A stretch of 64,000 nucleotides of DNA from NCBI GenBank assembly GCA_964564325.1, contig CAZMBD010000001.1, forward strand, positions 71,867-135,866, in the 5' to 3' direction. Shown piece by piece: positions 51,113 through 59,184 of this stretch. The notes under the pieces were generated by a model. It was not told the DNA's origin, ran no database searches, and was given only the letters and a program-made list of their open reading frames with translations. This stretch comes from an uncultured Clostridiaceae bacterium. Lineage in GTDB: Bacteria; Bacillota; Clostridia; Tissierellales; Tepidimicrobiaceae. The position numbers and the translations under genes were made by a program. Numbering within the stretch: the stretch's first letter is position 1; each line of letters begins with the position of its first letter.

Positions 51113-51640
51113 ATTGTCCATATCCTCATTTGGTTTTTCATCTTCTACATGCTCTTCCTTTTGGTCTTTTGAATGATCTATAAACTGTTTTTCTATATTT
51201 GAATAAAACTCATCAATACTAATAAGCTGAGATTCTATAAATGATTTATATCGAGTTTTAAATATAAATATCTCCTTTTGAAGATATAAGTATTCTTCTT
51301 TAATATTTCTAACTTCATCATTGGCATCGGCAATTATTTTTTTAGCCATAAGCTCTGCATCATTAACTATGTTTTCTCCCTTTTGCCTTGCCGCTAAAGT
51401 AACTTCATCAGCTGTATTTTGGGCAACTACTAAGGTATCCTTTAGGGTGTCTTCTAGATTCTTATAATATTTTATCTGTTCATTTAACATAAGGATTTTA
51501 TCCTTTAGTTCTATATTTTCTTTATATATTTTTTCATAATCTATAATAATTTCATCTAAAAATTCATCTACTTCTCCTTCTTTATATCCTCTGAAAGCTC
51601 TTTTAAATTGTTTGTTTTGAATATCAAGAGGTGTAATCAC
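51101..51640 (-). CDS. divIVA: Cell division protein DivIVA
   Basis: ITPLDIQNKQFKRAFRGY lipid-binding N-terminus and coiled coil. Probable GTG start at 51640, 8 nt after GGAG. The track start at 51649 is 1 nt from the SD. Confidence 0.93.
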   Translation of the reverse strand: MITPLDIQNKQFKRAFRGYKEGEVDEFLDEIIIDYEKIYKENIELKDKILMLNEQIKYYKNLEDTLKDTLVVAQNTADEVTLAARQKGENIVNDAELMAKKIIADANDEVRNIKEEYLYLQKEIFIFKTRYKSFIESQLISIDEFYSNIEKQFIDHSKDQKEEHVEDEKPNEDMDNLGA

Positions 51641-51654
51641 ATTATTCACTCCAT

Positions 51655-52452
51655 CTATTTTATTAGTCTAATATTTATCCTGAACCTATCTTTTTTGCTC
51701 TTTCCTAAAATTGAATATAAGACAAATCTACCATATCCCCTTACAGATATCATATCTCCCTCTTTAAGTTCATTATGAGCCTTTTCAATAGGCTCCCAAT
51801 TTACCTTTACAAAGCCTGAATTAACAAGTCTTTGACTATCTTTTCTAGATAAATTTAAAGCACCAGAAATTATGGCATCTAATCTAAGTGAAGATACGGT
51901 AGTCACAAGTTCCCTATACAATATTTCTATAGGTTTTAAAGTATCAATAGGAATTTCTTTTATTTTTATATTTTCTTTTCCAATTTTTTTTAAATTCATC
52001 AATATAAAATCAGAAATTTCTTCTTTAGCAACTATTTGAGTATACTTCTCATGTATTAAAATATCCCCTATTTTCTCTCTATTTATTCCTAAAGCAAGGA
52101 CACTACCTAAAAAATCTCTATGACTAAATTTACCAATATAATCATATATCACTAAAGCGTTTATACCACTATCACGATTATTGTATTCATAATAATGGGG
52201 ATATATTGAAATTACCTTTCTTTCAGCTTCTTTTATACCCCCAAATTCACTATAATTTATTTCCTCAAATTGATTTAATATAGATATGGCAATACGTCTT
52301 TCATAAGGATCTAAAAAATCTGTAGATTGAATAATATGTCTATTATATACAATTTCAATTTTATCTAATAATCGTCTAATATTAACTATCTGATTTTTAT
52401 CATGAATATTACTTATATATTTGTGTTTATTTAATTTCAATAATATCACCAT
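51655..52452 (-). CDS. ylmH: S4-domain RNA-binding protein YlmH
   Basis: C-terminal S4 domain (RLDAIISGALNLSRKDSQRLVNSGFVKVN), in the conserved ylm position. Alternative TTG start at 52440. Confidence 0.88.
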   Translation of the reverse strand: MVILLKLNKHKYISNIHDKNQIVNIRRLLDKIEIVYNRHIIQSTDFLDPYERRIAISILNQFEEINYSEFGGIKEAERKVISIYPHYYEYNNRDSGINALVIYDYIGKFSHRDFLGSVLALGINREKIGDILIHEKYTQIVAKEEISDFILMNLKKIGKENIKIKEIPIDTLKPIEILYRELVTTVSSLRLDAIISGALNLSRKDSQRLVNSGFVKVNWEPIEKAHNELKEGDMISVRGYGRFVLYSILGKSKKDRFRINIRLIK

Positions 52453-52459
52453 TATTTAC

Positions 52460-52726
52460 TTAAATAATAATTGATTTAATAAGGCTGGAAATAATCCTTA
52501 ATATAAAGATAGCCAATATAGGAGAAAAATCAAACATTCCTGTATCAATGCCTGTTTTATAAATTATTTTTCTTGCAGGAGCCAACACTGGTTCCGTTAA
52601 TTCATAAACTACTCGTCCTATTGGGTTATATGGGCCTATTCTTAAATAAGAAAAAATTATCCTAACAAAAATCAATATTTCAATAGCGTGAAAAAAATAA
52701 TCAATGGTCTTGTATAATATAGTCAT
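52460..52726 (-). CDS. ylmG: YggT family membrane protein (YlmG)
   Basis: 88 aa, two TM segments, in the conserved ylm position. Confidence 0.88.
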   Translation of the reverse strand: MTILYKTIDYFFHAIEILIFVRIIFSYLRIGPYNPIGRVVYELTEPVLAPARKIIYKTGIDTGMFDFSPILAIFILRIISSLIKSIII

Positions 52727-52750
52727 TTTATTACCTCTTATCTAGGTTTC

Positions 52751-53188
52751 TTACCAATTAAAAACTCCCTTATTTTTAAGTTCATCTCTAATATTTCCAT
52801 CTATTTCTACATTACTAGGAGCAAGTACAAATATGTCTTTAGTTACTTTTTGTATATTCCCTTCTAAAGAATATAATCCTCCATTTATAAAATCGAAAAT
52901 CTGCCTCTTTAAATTTGGTTCTAATTGCTCTAAATTTACCACTACAGTTTTTCTAATTTTTAAATCGTCTACAATTTTAGGAGCATCTTCATAAGTCAGT
53001 GGTTCATGTACTACCAATTTCATATTTCCAGCGGAATGAATATTTACTACATTGTTATTAATCTTCTTTGTCTTAGTATTAACTGGTAATTCTTCTAATT
53101 CATAATCTTCATAATCTTCGTATTCCTCATCAAAATCTAAATCATCAATGCCTATAAAATATTTAAACTTATCAACAAATCCTGACAT
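52751..53188 (-). CDS. sepF: Cell division protein SepF
   Basis: MSGFVDKFKYFIG N-terminal amphipathic helix, acidic linker and conserved C-terminal domain. Start set to ATG 53188, behind an AGGAGGG SD. Confidence 0.93.
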   Translation of the reverse strand: MSGFVDKFKYFIGIDDLDFDEEYEDYEDYELEELPVNTKTKKINNNVVNIHSAGNMKLVVHEPLTYEDAPKIVDDLKIRKTVVVNLEQLEPNLKRQIFDFINGGLYSLEGNIQKVTKDIFVLAPSNVEIDGNIRDELKNKGVFNW

Positions 53189-53198
53189 TTTATCCCTC

Positions 53199-53888
53199 CT
53201 AATAGTTTCTTTTTCCAAATAGGCCCGTTCCAATCCTAACCATATTTGAACCTTCTTCAATTGCCACAATGTAATCATTTGTCATGCCCATTGATAGTAT
53301 TTCCATATTCACATGTTCATAACCTTTGTCTTGAATAGTTTGACTTAATTTTCGTAAATCCCTAAAAACCCATCTAATATCCTCTGGATTTTCAGCATAA
53401 GGTGCAATAGTCATTAAGCCCCTTATTTTAATATTCTTATATTTAGATATTTCCTCTATAAAAGGAATAACCTCTTCCATCTTCAAACCAAATTTACTAT
53501 CTTCCTCTGCCACATTAACCTGCACTAATGTATCTATAACTAAATTATTTTGTTTAGCCCTTTTGTCTAATTCTTTAGCCAAAGACATTCTGTCTAAAGA
53601 ATGAATTAATTCTACTTTGTCTATAATATATTTTACTTTATTAGATTGTAAATGTCCTATTAAGTGATAATTTACATTATCACCTATAATATCGTACTTT
53701 TTTGTTAATTCTTGAACTCTATTTTCTCCAATATCCTTAATTCCTAAGGATATAGCTTCATTAATTTTATCCACATCTACTGTTTTAGTTACAGCAATTA
53801 TTTGAACCTTATCATTTGATCTTCCCGAATTTTTTAATGCTCTTTCAATATTTTCTTCTATGATTAGTAAATTATCTTTAATGCTAAT
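53199..53888 (-). CDS. ylmE: PLP homeostasis protein YggS/YlmE, with an apparent ATT start codon
   Basis: GENRVQE and HLIGHLQSNK motifs. The family N-terminus, including AVTK (PLP lysine), is encoded upstream of the first canonical start (GTG 53774). The only SD-positioned start is ATT 53886..53888, 8 nt after AAGGAGG. Confidence 0.8.
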   Translation of the reverse strand: MSIKDNLLIIEENIERALKNSGRSNDKVQIIAVTKTVDVDKINEAISLGIKDIGENRVQELTKKYDIIGDNVNYHLIGHLQSNKVKYIIDKVELIHSLDRMSLAKELDKRAKQNNLVIDTLVQVNVAEEDSKFGLKMEEVIPFIEEISKYKNIKIRGLMTIAPYAENPEDIRWVFRDLRKLSQTIQDKGYEHVNMEILSMGMTNDYIVAIEEGSNMVRIGTGLFGKRNY

Positions 53889-53907
53889 TTTAATTACCTC
53901 CTTGATG

Positions 53908-55200
53908 TCAATTAACTATCATTCCTTCTTTAATATTTTTTGTATTTAATAATATTTCATCAAATGTAGTAATAGTTTTTACTGGTTTATCATTTCCTTT
54001 TAAAAATATATTATTATTATCATCTCCGCTACTTATATAGACAAATTTATCATCTTCTTTTAATATTTCTACTGGTTTAAATTTAATAATTCCAGAAATA
54101 TCTTTTATATAAACTCCTTCTAAATTATCTTTTTCAACTATACTTTTCTTAGGAATCTTAAATCCATTATGCTTATATCTAATTATATTTAGATTTATAA
54201 ATCTTTTGTCATATATTTTATGAAAACCCTTATTGAACTTACATAAAATTGTTCCTTTATCACTTTCTTTATTTATATTAATAATACTCCCCTTAAATTC
54301 TTCATCTAATTCTTTATTACTTACTAAAATAGAATCTCCTTCTTCATAATTACTAATATCATTTAAATCTTCAATTTTTAAAACCATATACCATTCAAAA
54401 TTATCCATTATCTTAAAAATTGGTTCTCCAACATTCACTTCTTGGCTATCCTCTATAGTAGTTGTTTTTAAATTCCCTGTTTTAAAATTTGAATAATTAT
54501 AATCAGCCTTATTATGAAAAGAATAAATTTCTTCATATCCATCTATTTTATAAGATACAATACCAGCTTCACTAGAATAATAATTAATAGCATTCTCAGA
54601 AAGCTGTTTTTTAAGAGTATCACGTTTTTTCTGTAAACTATCTATACTTTGATTTATTAAATGATTTTCTCCAGAAAAATCCTGTTGTTTACCATAATAT
54701 AAAGCTAGTTTTTCCTTTAACAATTCTATATTTTCATATTCTCCTTGTCCTATGTTTTTTTGTATATCAAATATTATATTTTCTATACTTTCTTCTAATT
54801 TTTCTTCATCTTTTTTAATTATATCTTTTTCCTTTTCTACGGATTTTAAATTCTCTATTTTTTTATCCAATTCCCCTACTTGCTGCTTTAAAGCAGAATT
54901 TCCATCTGCTAATACAACTTTACATATTTGACTACCCTTAGCTACCTTATTTCCCTCATCATTTATAATTTCAATATTACCATTGCCTTCAGCCCTATAT
55001 AAATTTTCTTTTTTTATAACTATAGCCTCTGTATCTATTGTATCCTCAATAACAACACTTTCTGGTAACACAAATTTAAATGCTATTGCAAATAGGGAGG
55101 GGACAGTTCTAAAAAAAAGATATCCAAATATAAAAATCGTTAAGATTATGCGCCAAAAATTCTTACTCCTTTTTTTCTGTTCTCCTTCCTTCTGGGACAT
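53908..55200 (-). CDS. HlyD/membrane-fusion-protein-like protein (N-terminal TM, coiled coil, beta-barrel regions), orphan
   Basis: About 430 aa with one N-terminal TM, a central coiled coil (QQVGELDKKIENLKSVEKEKD...) and beta-rich flanks. Start set to ATG 55200, 6 nt after AGGGGG. No transporter partner nearby. Confidence 0.65.
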   Translation of the reverse strand: MSQKEGEQKKRSKNFWRIILTIFIFGYLFFRTVPSLFAIAFKFVLPESVVIEDTIDTEAIVIKKENLYRAEGNGNIEIINDEGNKVAKGSQICKVVLADGNSALKQQVGELDKKIENLKSVEKEKDIIKKDEEKLEESIENIIFDIQKNIGQGEYENIELLKEKLALYYGKQQDFSGENHLINQSIDSLQKKRDTLKKQLSENAINYYSSEAGIVSYKIDGYEEIYSFHNKADYNYSNFKTGNLKTTTIEDSQEVNVGEPIFKIMDNFEWYMVLKIEDLNDISNYEEGDSILVSNKELDEEFKGSIININKESDKGTILCKFNKGFHKIYDKRFINLNIIRYKHNGFKIPKKSIVEKDNLEGVYIKDISGIIKFKPVEILKEDDKFVYISSGDDNNNIFLKGNDKPVKTITTFDEILLNTKNIKEGMIVN

Positions 55201-55289
55201 TGGAAACCCCCTTATCAAATCCTATATATTATTATATTCTACATAAAAACAATAAATCCTTCTAAAAGTTTCAAAATTTTTAATGGTCT

Positions 55290-55667
55290 TTAAATATTGA
55301 AAAACTTGCCATACCTACTTATTATTTTAAGTTTTAAAATATTGTTGATATTAAATTTTTTTATTTCATCATCATGTGTTACCATTAGTATGGATCGTTC
55401 TCTTTTAATAGCTCCTATTAAAATGCCTTCATATTTATTTTTTCCCATAGTCACAATTCGTATTTCATCTCCAGATTTAACTCTAGAACCATCTAATATG
55501 AATTCCTTCATATCTGCTTCCTTTAAATGATGTTCAGTTACAGATTTTTTGTTTATTACTATTATATTATTTTTTAAATATAGTTTTTCTTTTAATACAG
55601 ATAATATATATCCTAAAACACTAATGACTAATGCAAAAATCAAAATTTGTTGAATATAATAAAGCAA
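55290..55667 (-). CDS. Small membrane-anchored protein of unknown function
   Basis: 125 aa with a TTG start behind a GGAGGGAG SD, an N-terminal TM (YYIQQILIFALVISVLGYILSVL) and a soluble beta-rich C-terminal domain. No family recognised. Confidence 0.55.
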   Translation of the reverse strand: MLYYIQQILIFALVISVLGYILSVLKEKLYLKNNIIVINKKSVTEHHLKEADMKEFILDGSRVKSGDEIRIVTMGKNKYEGILIGAIKRERSILMVTHDDEIKKFNINNILKLKIISRYGKFFNI

Positions 55668-55762
55668 ATAAAATCTCCCTCCATATAATGTGAATATATA
55701 TATTTAGTATACCATATATATCCTTTAAGGGAAACAAAAAAATATACATACTTGAAAATTGT

Positions 55763-55791
55763 TTGCAATTCACTAAAATCCATGCTATAAT
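55763..55791 (+). promoter_or_regulatory. Sigma-A-type promoter for tRNA-Pro
   Basis: TTGCAA-17 nt-TATAAT, about 40 nt upstream of the mature tRNA 5' end. Confidence 0.7.
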
Positions 55792-55831
55792 AATAATCGT
55801 TAAAAATAAAAAATCAAGCAATGGCAATCAT

Positions 55832-55908
55832 CGGGATGTGGCGCAGTTTGGTAGCGCACTAGTATGGGGTACTAGGGGCCGGAGGTTCAAATCCTCTCAT
55901 CCCGACCA
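55832..55908 (+). tRNA. tRNA-Pro (anticodon GGG), CCA encoded
   Basis: Hand-folded cloverleaf: acceptor CGGGATG/CATCCCG, D stem GCGC/GCGC, anticodon stem CTAGT/ACTAG with loop A-T-GGG-G-T, and T arm GGAGG-TTCAAAT-CCTCT. Has C1-G72, A73 and G37. Confidence 0.9.
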
Positions 55909-55909
55909 T

Positions 55910-55943
55910 AAAAAAAGTAGAAGATATTTCTTCTACTTTTTTT
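55910..55943. terminator. Bidirectional terminator shared by tRNA-Pro and convergent spoIVA
   Basis: AAAAAAGTAGAAG-atattt-CTTCTACTTTTTT. Confidence 0.85.
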
Positions 55944-55966
55944 ACTTTATATCGAATTGTAAAGTT

Positions 55967-57445
55967 CTATATAATAATACAAATTAACCCCCCACTACCA
56001 TCATTTATTATTCTCTCTAATGCTCTTCTCATTTTATATCTTGCATCTTCTGGCATAGTGTTTAGTTTTCCTTGTAATTGTTCATTGACTAAGTCATAGA
56101 GAGATTTGCCAAATAAATTAGATTCCCAGATTTTAGAAGTATCCTCTTCGAATTCCTTTAAGAAATATTCTAATAATTCCTCAGATTGTTTTTCTGTCCC
56201 TATTAAAGGAGAAACTTCTGTAGTTATATCGCATCTAAGTACATGTAAAGATGGTGCTGTGGCACTTAGTTTAACCCCAAACCTATTACCCTGTCTATAT
56301 ATTTCTGGTTCTGCTAATTCTAAATCCTCCAAGCCTGGACTAACAAAGCCATATCCAATCTCACTTGCATCTAATAAAGCTGTTTCAATTTTATCATACT
56401 CTTTTTTCGTTTGGGCTAATTTATTAATCAAACTCAATATCTGATAATCTCCTTCTATACTAAAACCTGTCATCTCCCTAATTGCATCATAAAAAAGTTC
56501 ATTATCTATTAATAATCCTACATTTACTACTCCTTCTCCTAAATTAATTTCCTTAATATCTACAGTTTCAACTATATCCAATTGACTTAATAATTTTAAG
56601 GAATTATCTACTTGGTTTAATTTTTGAAGATTTTGTATAGATTCTTTTATAGTTTCTAGAATATCATTCTTTATCCAGTGATTCTTTGGTAAACCTTCTA
56701 CCCAACCTGGTAAATTAATGGAGATTTCTTTAACAGGAAATTCAAATAAAAGATTTTCAAAAACCCTTTCTATATCAGCTACATCCATATTTAAACAATC
56801 TACTATGACTACAGCTACTCCATATTTTTCTTCTAAGCTTTCCCTTAAAGCTATAGTACTATCTAAATTTGGATGCTTTGTATTTAATACTATTACAAAA
56901 GGTTTTTTCAATTCTTTTAATTCAGATATAACCCTTTCCTCTGCATGTATATAGTTAGATCTATCAATATCCGTAATAGAGCCATCTGTGGTAACAACAA
57001 TTCCTATGGTAGAATGATCTGTTATTACCTTCCTAGTACCAATTTCAGCTGCTTCTTCAAAGGGTATTTCCTTTTCATACCACGGAGTAGTAACCATTCT
57101 AGGTATATTATCTTCAATATGTCCCAATGCACCCTTTACCAAATACCCTACACAATCTACCATTCTCACCTTCAGCTTTAGATTTTCTTTCAATAATAAT
57201 TCCACTGCTTCATTAGGTACAAACTTTGGCTCAGTAGTCATAATGGTTTTCCCGGCACCGCTTAAAGGTAATTCATCCTTTGCTCTTTCTTTCTTATACT
57301 TGTTTTCAATATTAGGCAATACCAAAAGCTCCATAAATCTTTTAATAAAAGTAGATTTTCCAGTCCTTACTGGACCTACAACCCCCGCATATATATCTCC
57401 CTGGGTTCTTTCTGCTATATCTTTGTATATATCAAAGCCTTCCAT
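55967..57445 (-). CDS. spoIVA: Stage IV sporulation protein A
   Basis: 492 aa. N-terminus MEGFDIYKDIAERTQGDIYAGVVGPVRTGKSTF with a Walker A motif, typical of SpoIVA. Confidence 0.96.
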   Translation of the reverse strand: MEGFDIYKDIAERTQGDIYAGVVGPVRTGKSTFIKRFMELLVLPNIENKYKKERAKDELPLSGAGKTIMTTEPKFVPNEAVELLLKENLKLKVRMVDCVGYLVKGALGHIEDNIPRMVTTPWYEKEIPFEEAAEIGTRKVITDHSTIGIVVTTDGSITDIDRSNYIHAEERVISELKELKKPFVIVLNTKHPNLDSTIALRESLEEKYGVAVVIVDCLNMDVADIERVFENLLFEFPVKEISINLPGWVEGLPKNHWIKNDILETIKESIQNLQKLNQVDNSLKLLSQLDIVETVDIKEINLGEGVVNVGLLIDNELFYDAIREMTGFSIEGDYQILSLINKLAQTKKEYDKIETALLDASEIGYGFVSPGLEDLELAEPEIYRQGNRFGVKLSATAPSLHVLRCDITTEVSPLIGTEKQSEELLEYFLKEFEEDTSKIWESNLFGKSLYDLVNEQLQGKLNTMPEDARYKMRRALERIINDGSGGLICIII

Positions 57446-57490
57446 ATCTTCCCCCCTTACCTAATGTTTATAATAAGACTTAATATTATA

Positions 57491-57519
57491 TATATATGTG
57501 GTAAGGATAGTAATATGAC
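57491..57519 (-). promoter_or_regulatory. Sigma-E-type sporulation promoter for spoIVA
   Basis: Minus strand GTCATATT-13 nt-CATATATA, compared with the Bacillus sigma-E consensus (about kmATATT-14-CATACAhT). About 45 nt upstream of the ATG. Confidence 0.55.
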
Positions 57520-57546
57520 AGGCCATTTAAACTTTTCTCAATCTAT

Positions 57547-58560
57547 TTAATTTGTCTTTAATATATCCTCTATTTCTGGTTTTTTGTCCCTTAACATTAA
57601 ATTATAAACAGATTTCCTTACATCTTCGCCATTATATAGTACATTATAAATTTCATTTGTTATAGGCATAATTACATTGTTCTTTTTAGCCAATTCATAG
57701 GCAGATTTAGTAGTTTTTATGCCTTCTACTACCATACCTACGTTTTTTGTAGCCTCATCTAAACTCTGTCCTTGCCCAATTAATATTCCAGCCCTTCTAT
57801 TTCTACTAAGCATACTAGTACAGGTTACAATTAAATCACCTATACCAGCTAAACCAGAAAAAGTAATAGGGCTTGCACCCATTTTTTCTCCAAGTCTTCC
57901 CATTTCAATAATACCCCTTGTCATAAGAGCTGCCTTTGTATTGTCTCCATATCCTAAGCCATCAGATATACCAGCACCTAGTGCAATTACATTTTTCAAA
58001 GACCCTCCCAGTTCTACACCTATAACATCTGGATTGGTATATACTCTAAAATATGGAGTCATAAATATATCTTGTATATATTTTGCTACTTCCTCATCAT
58101 TTGAAGCTGAAACAACTGTAGTAGGAACATTTTTAGCCACTTCCTCAGCATGGGACGGTCCAGATAATACTCCATATGGATTATTAGGTAAAATTTCCTC
58201 TACAATCTCAGAAATCCTAAGTAAAGTATCATTTTCAATACCCTTAGCTACATTAACTATTACCTGTTCCTTATTAAAATCTTTTTTACCTTCATTTAAG
58301 CTCTCTCTAATTCCATGAGAAGCTACTGCAAGCACTATTAATTCTTTATTATAAATAACTTTGGAAATATCATTTGTTACGACTATTTCATCTGGAATAA
58401 AAACACCAGGCAAATATTTTTTATTTTCTCTTAATTCTTTCATTTGTTTTAATTGTAATTCATCTCTCACCCAGATATGTACCTCATTATTTTTATTTGC
58501 AAGAAGTATTGCCAGTGCAGTTCCCCAGCTACCTCCCCCAATTACACCTATTTTTGTCAT
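57547..58560 (-). CDS. gpsA: NAD(P)H-dependent glycerol-3-phosphate dehydrogenase
   Basis: GGGSWGTA dinucleotide-binding motif. Start set to ATG 58560, behind a GAGGTGA SD. Confidence 0.95.
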   Translation of the reverse strand: MTKIGVIGGGSWGTALAILLANKNNEVHIWVRDELQLKQMKELRENKKYLPGVFIPDEIVVTNDISKVIYNKELIVLAVASHGIRESLNEGKKDFNKEQVIVNVAKGIENDTLLRISEIVEEILPNNPYGVLSGPSHAEEVAKNVPTTVVSASNDEEVAKYIQDIFMTPYFRVYTNPDVIGVELGGSLKNVIALGAGISDGLGYGDNTKAALMTRGIIEMGRLGEKMGASPITFSGLAGIGDLIVTCTSMLSRNRRAGILIGQGQSLDEATKNVGMVVEGIKTTKSAYELAKKNNVIMPITNEIYNVLYNGEDVRKSVYNLMLRDKKPEIEDILKTN

Positions 58561-58578
58561 CTTAAACTTCACCTCAAT

Positions 58579-59184
58579 TTATACTCTTTCTCCAATTTTA
58601 AACTCTTCTTTGTTTATTAATCTTTTAATATTAGATCTATGTCTATATATTGCCATAATAGCCAAAATTAATGTTGTAATAAAATATCCCTTATTAAAAG
58701 GCCTATTCATAATACTTCCTATTATAGGAACTAAAGCAGCTGCAATAATAGAGCCTAGGGAAACATATCTAGTTTTTGCTATTACTAATACACCAATAAC
58801 AATGCATACTAAAGCAGTAGGCCAATGTAAGGACAACATTACCCCTATAGATGCAGCCATGCCCTTACCTCCTTTAAATCCTAAAAGCACTGGGTAATTG
58901 TGACCTACTATTACAAATATACTTGCAATTAACATTCCATTATAGCCAAAAAGTTTATTACCAATATTAACTGCTAACATTCCTTTTAGAACATCTAATA
59001 TAAAAGCAAAGATTCCGATTTTCTTTCCAAAAACTCTTAAGGCATTGGTAGCTCCAGCATTTTTACTGCCACTTTCTCTAATATCTTCCTTTTTGAAAAT
59101 TCTACCTAGAATATAAGCTGAACAAAAGTTTCCAATAAAATAAGAGATCAAAGCAACTATAAAAGGATTTTTCAAATTACTCAC
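58579..59184 (-). CDS. plsY: Glycerol-3-phosphate acyltransferase PlsY
   Basis: GSKNAGATN motif, polytopic membrane protein. Alternative TTG start at 59175, 5 nt after AGAGGTGA. Confidence 0.94.
   Translation of the reverse strand: MSNLKNPFIVALISYFIGNFCSAYILGRIFKKEDIRESGSKNAGATNALRVFGKKIGIFAFILDVLKGMLAVNIGNKLFGYNGMLIASIFVIVGHNYPVLLGFKGGKGMAASIGVMLSLHWPTALVCIVIGVLVIAKTRYVSLGSIIAAALVPIIGSIMNRPFNKGYFITTLILAIMAIYRHRSNIKRLINKEEFKIGERV

Noticed and set aside
55832-55908. tRNA-Pro as a possible integration site for a mobile element or genomic island.
   Set aside because: No integrase, recombinase, transposase or phage gene lies on either side. By eye I found no duplicated copy of the tRNA 3' end nearby, and the flanking genes are conserved core genes.
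55621-55987. A 68-aa minus-strand ORF and a 74-aa plus-strand ORF in the tRNA-Pro region.
   Set aside because: The plus-strand ORF reads straight through the tRNA and its terminator. The minus-strand ORF overlaps the start of the 125-aa gene and the tRNA promoter. Neither has an SD.
57719-58897. Two long plus-strand ORFs (199 aa and 178 aa) antisense to gpsA and plsY.
   Set aside because: They lie entirely inside well-supported minus-strand genes. They have no SD and have the Ser/Pro/Ile/Phe-rich composition typical of shadow frames. They are frame artefacts, not overlapping genes.
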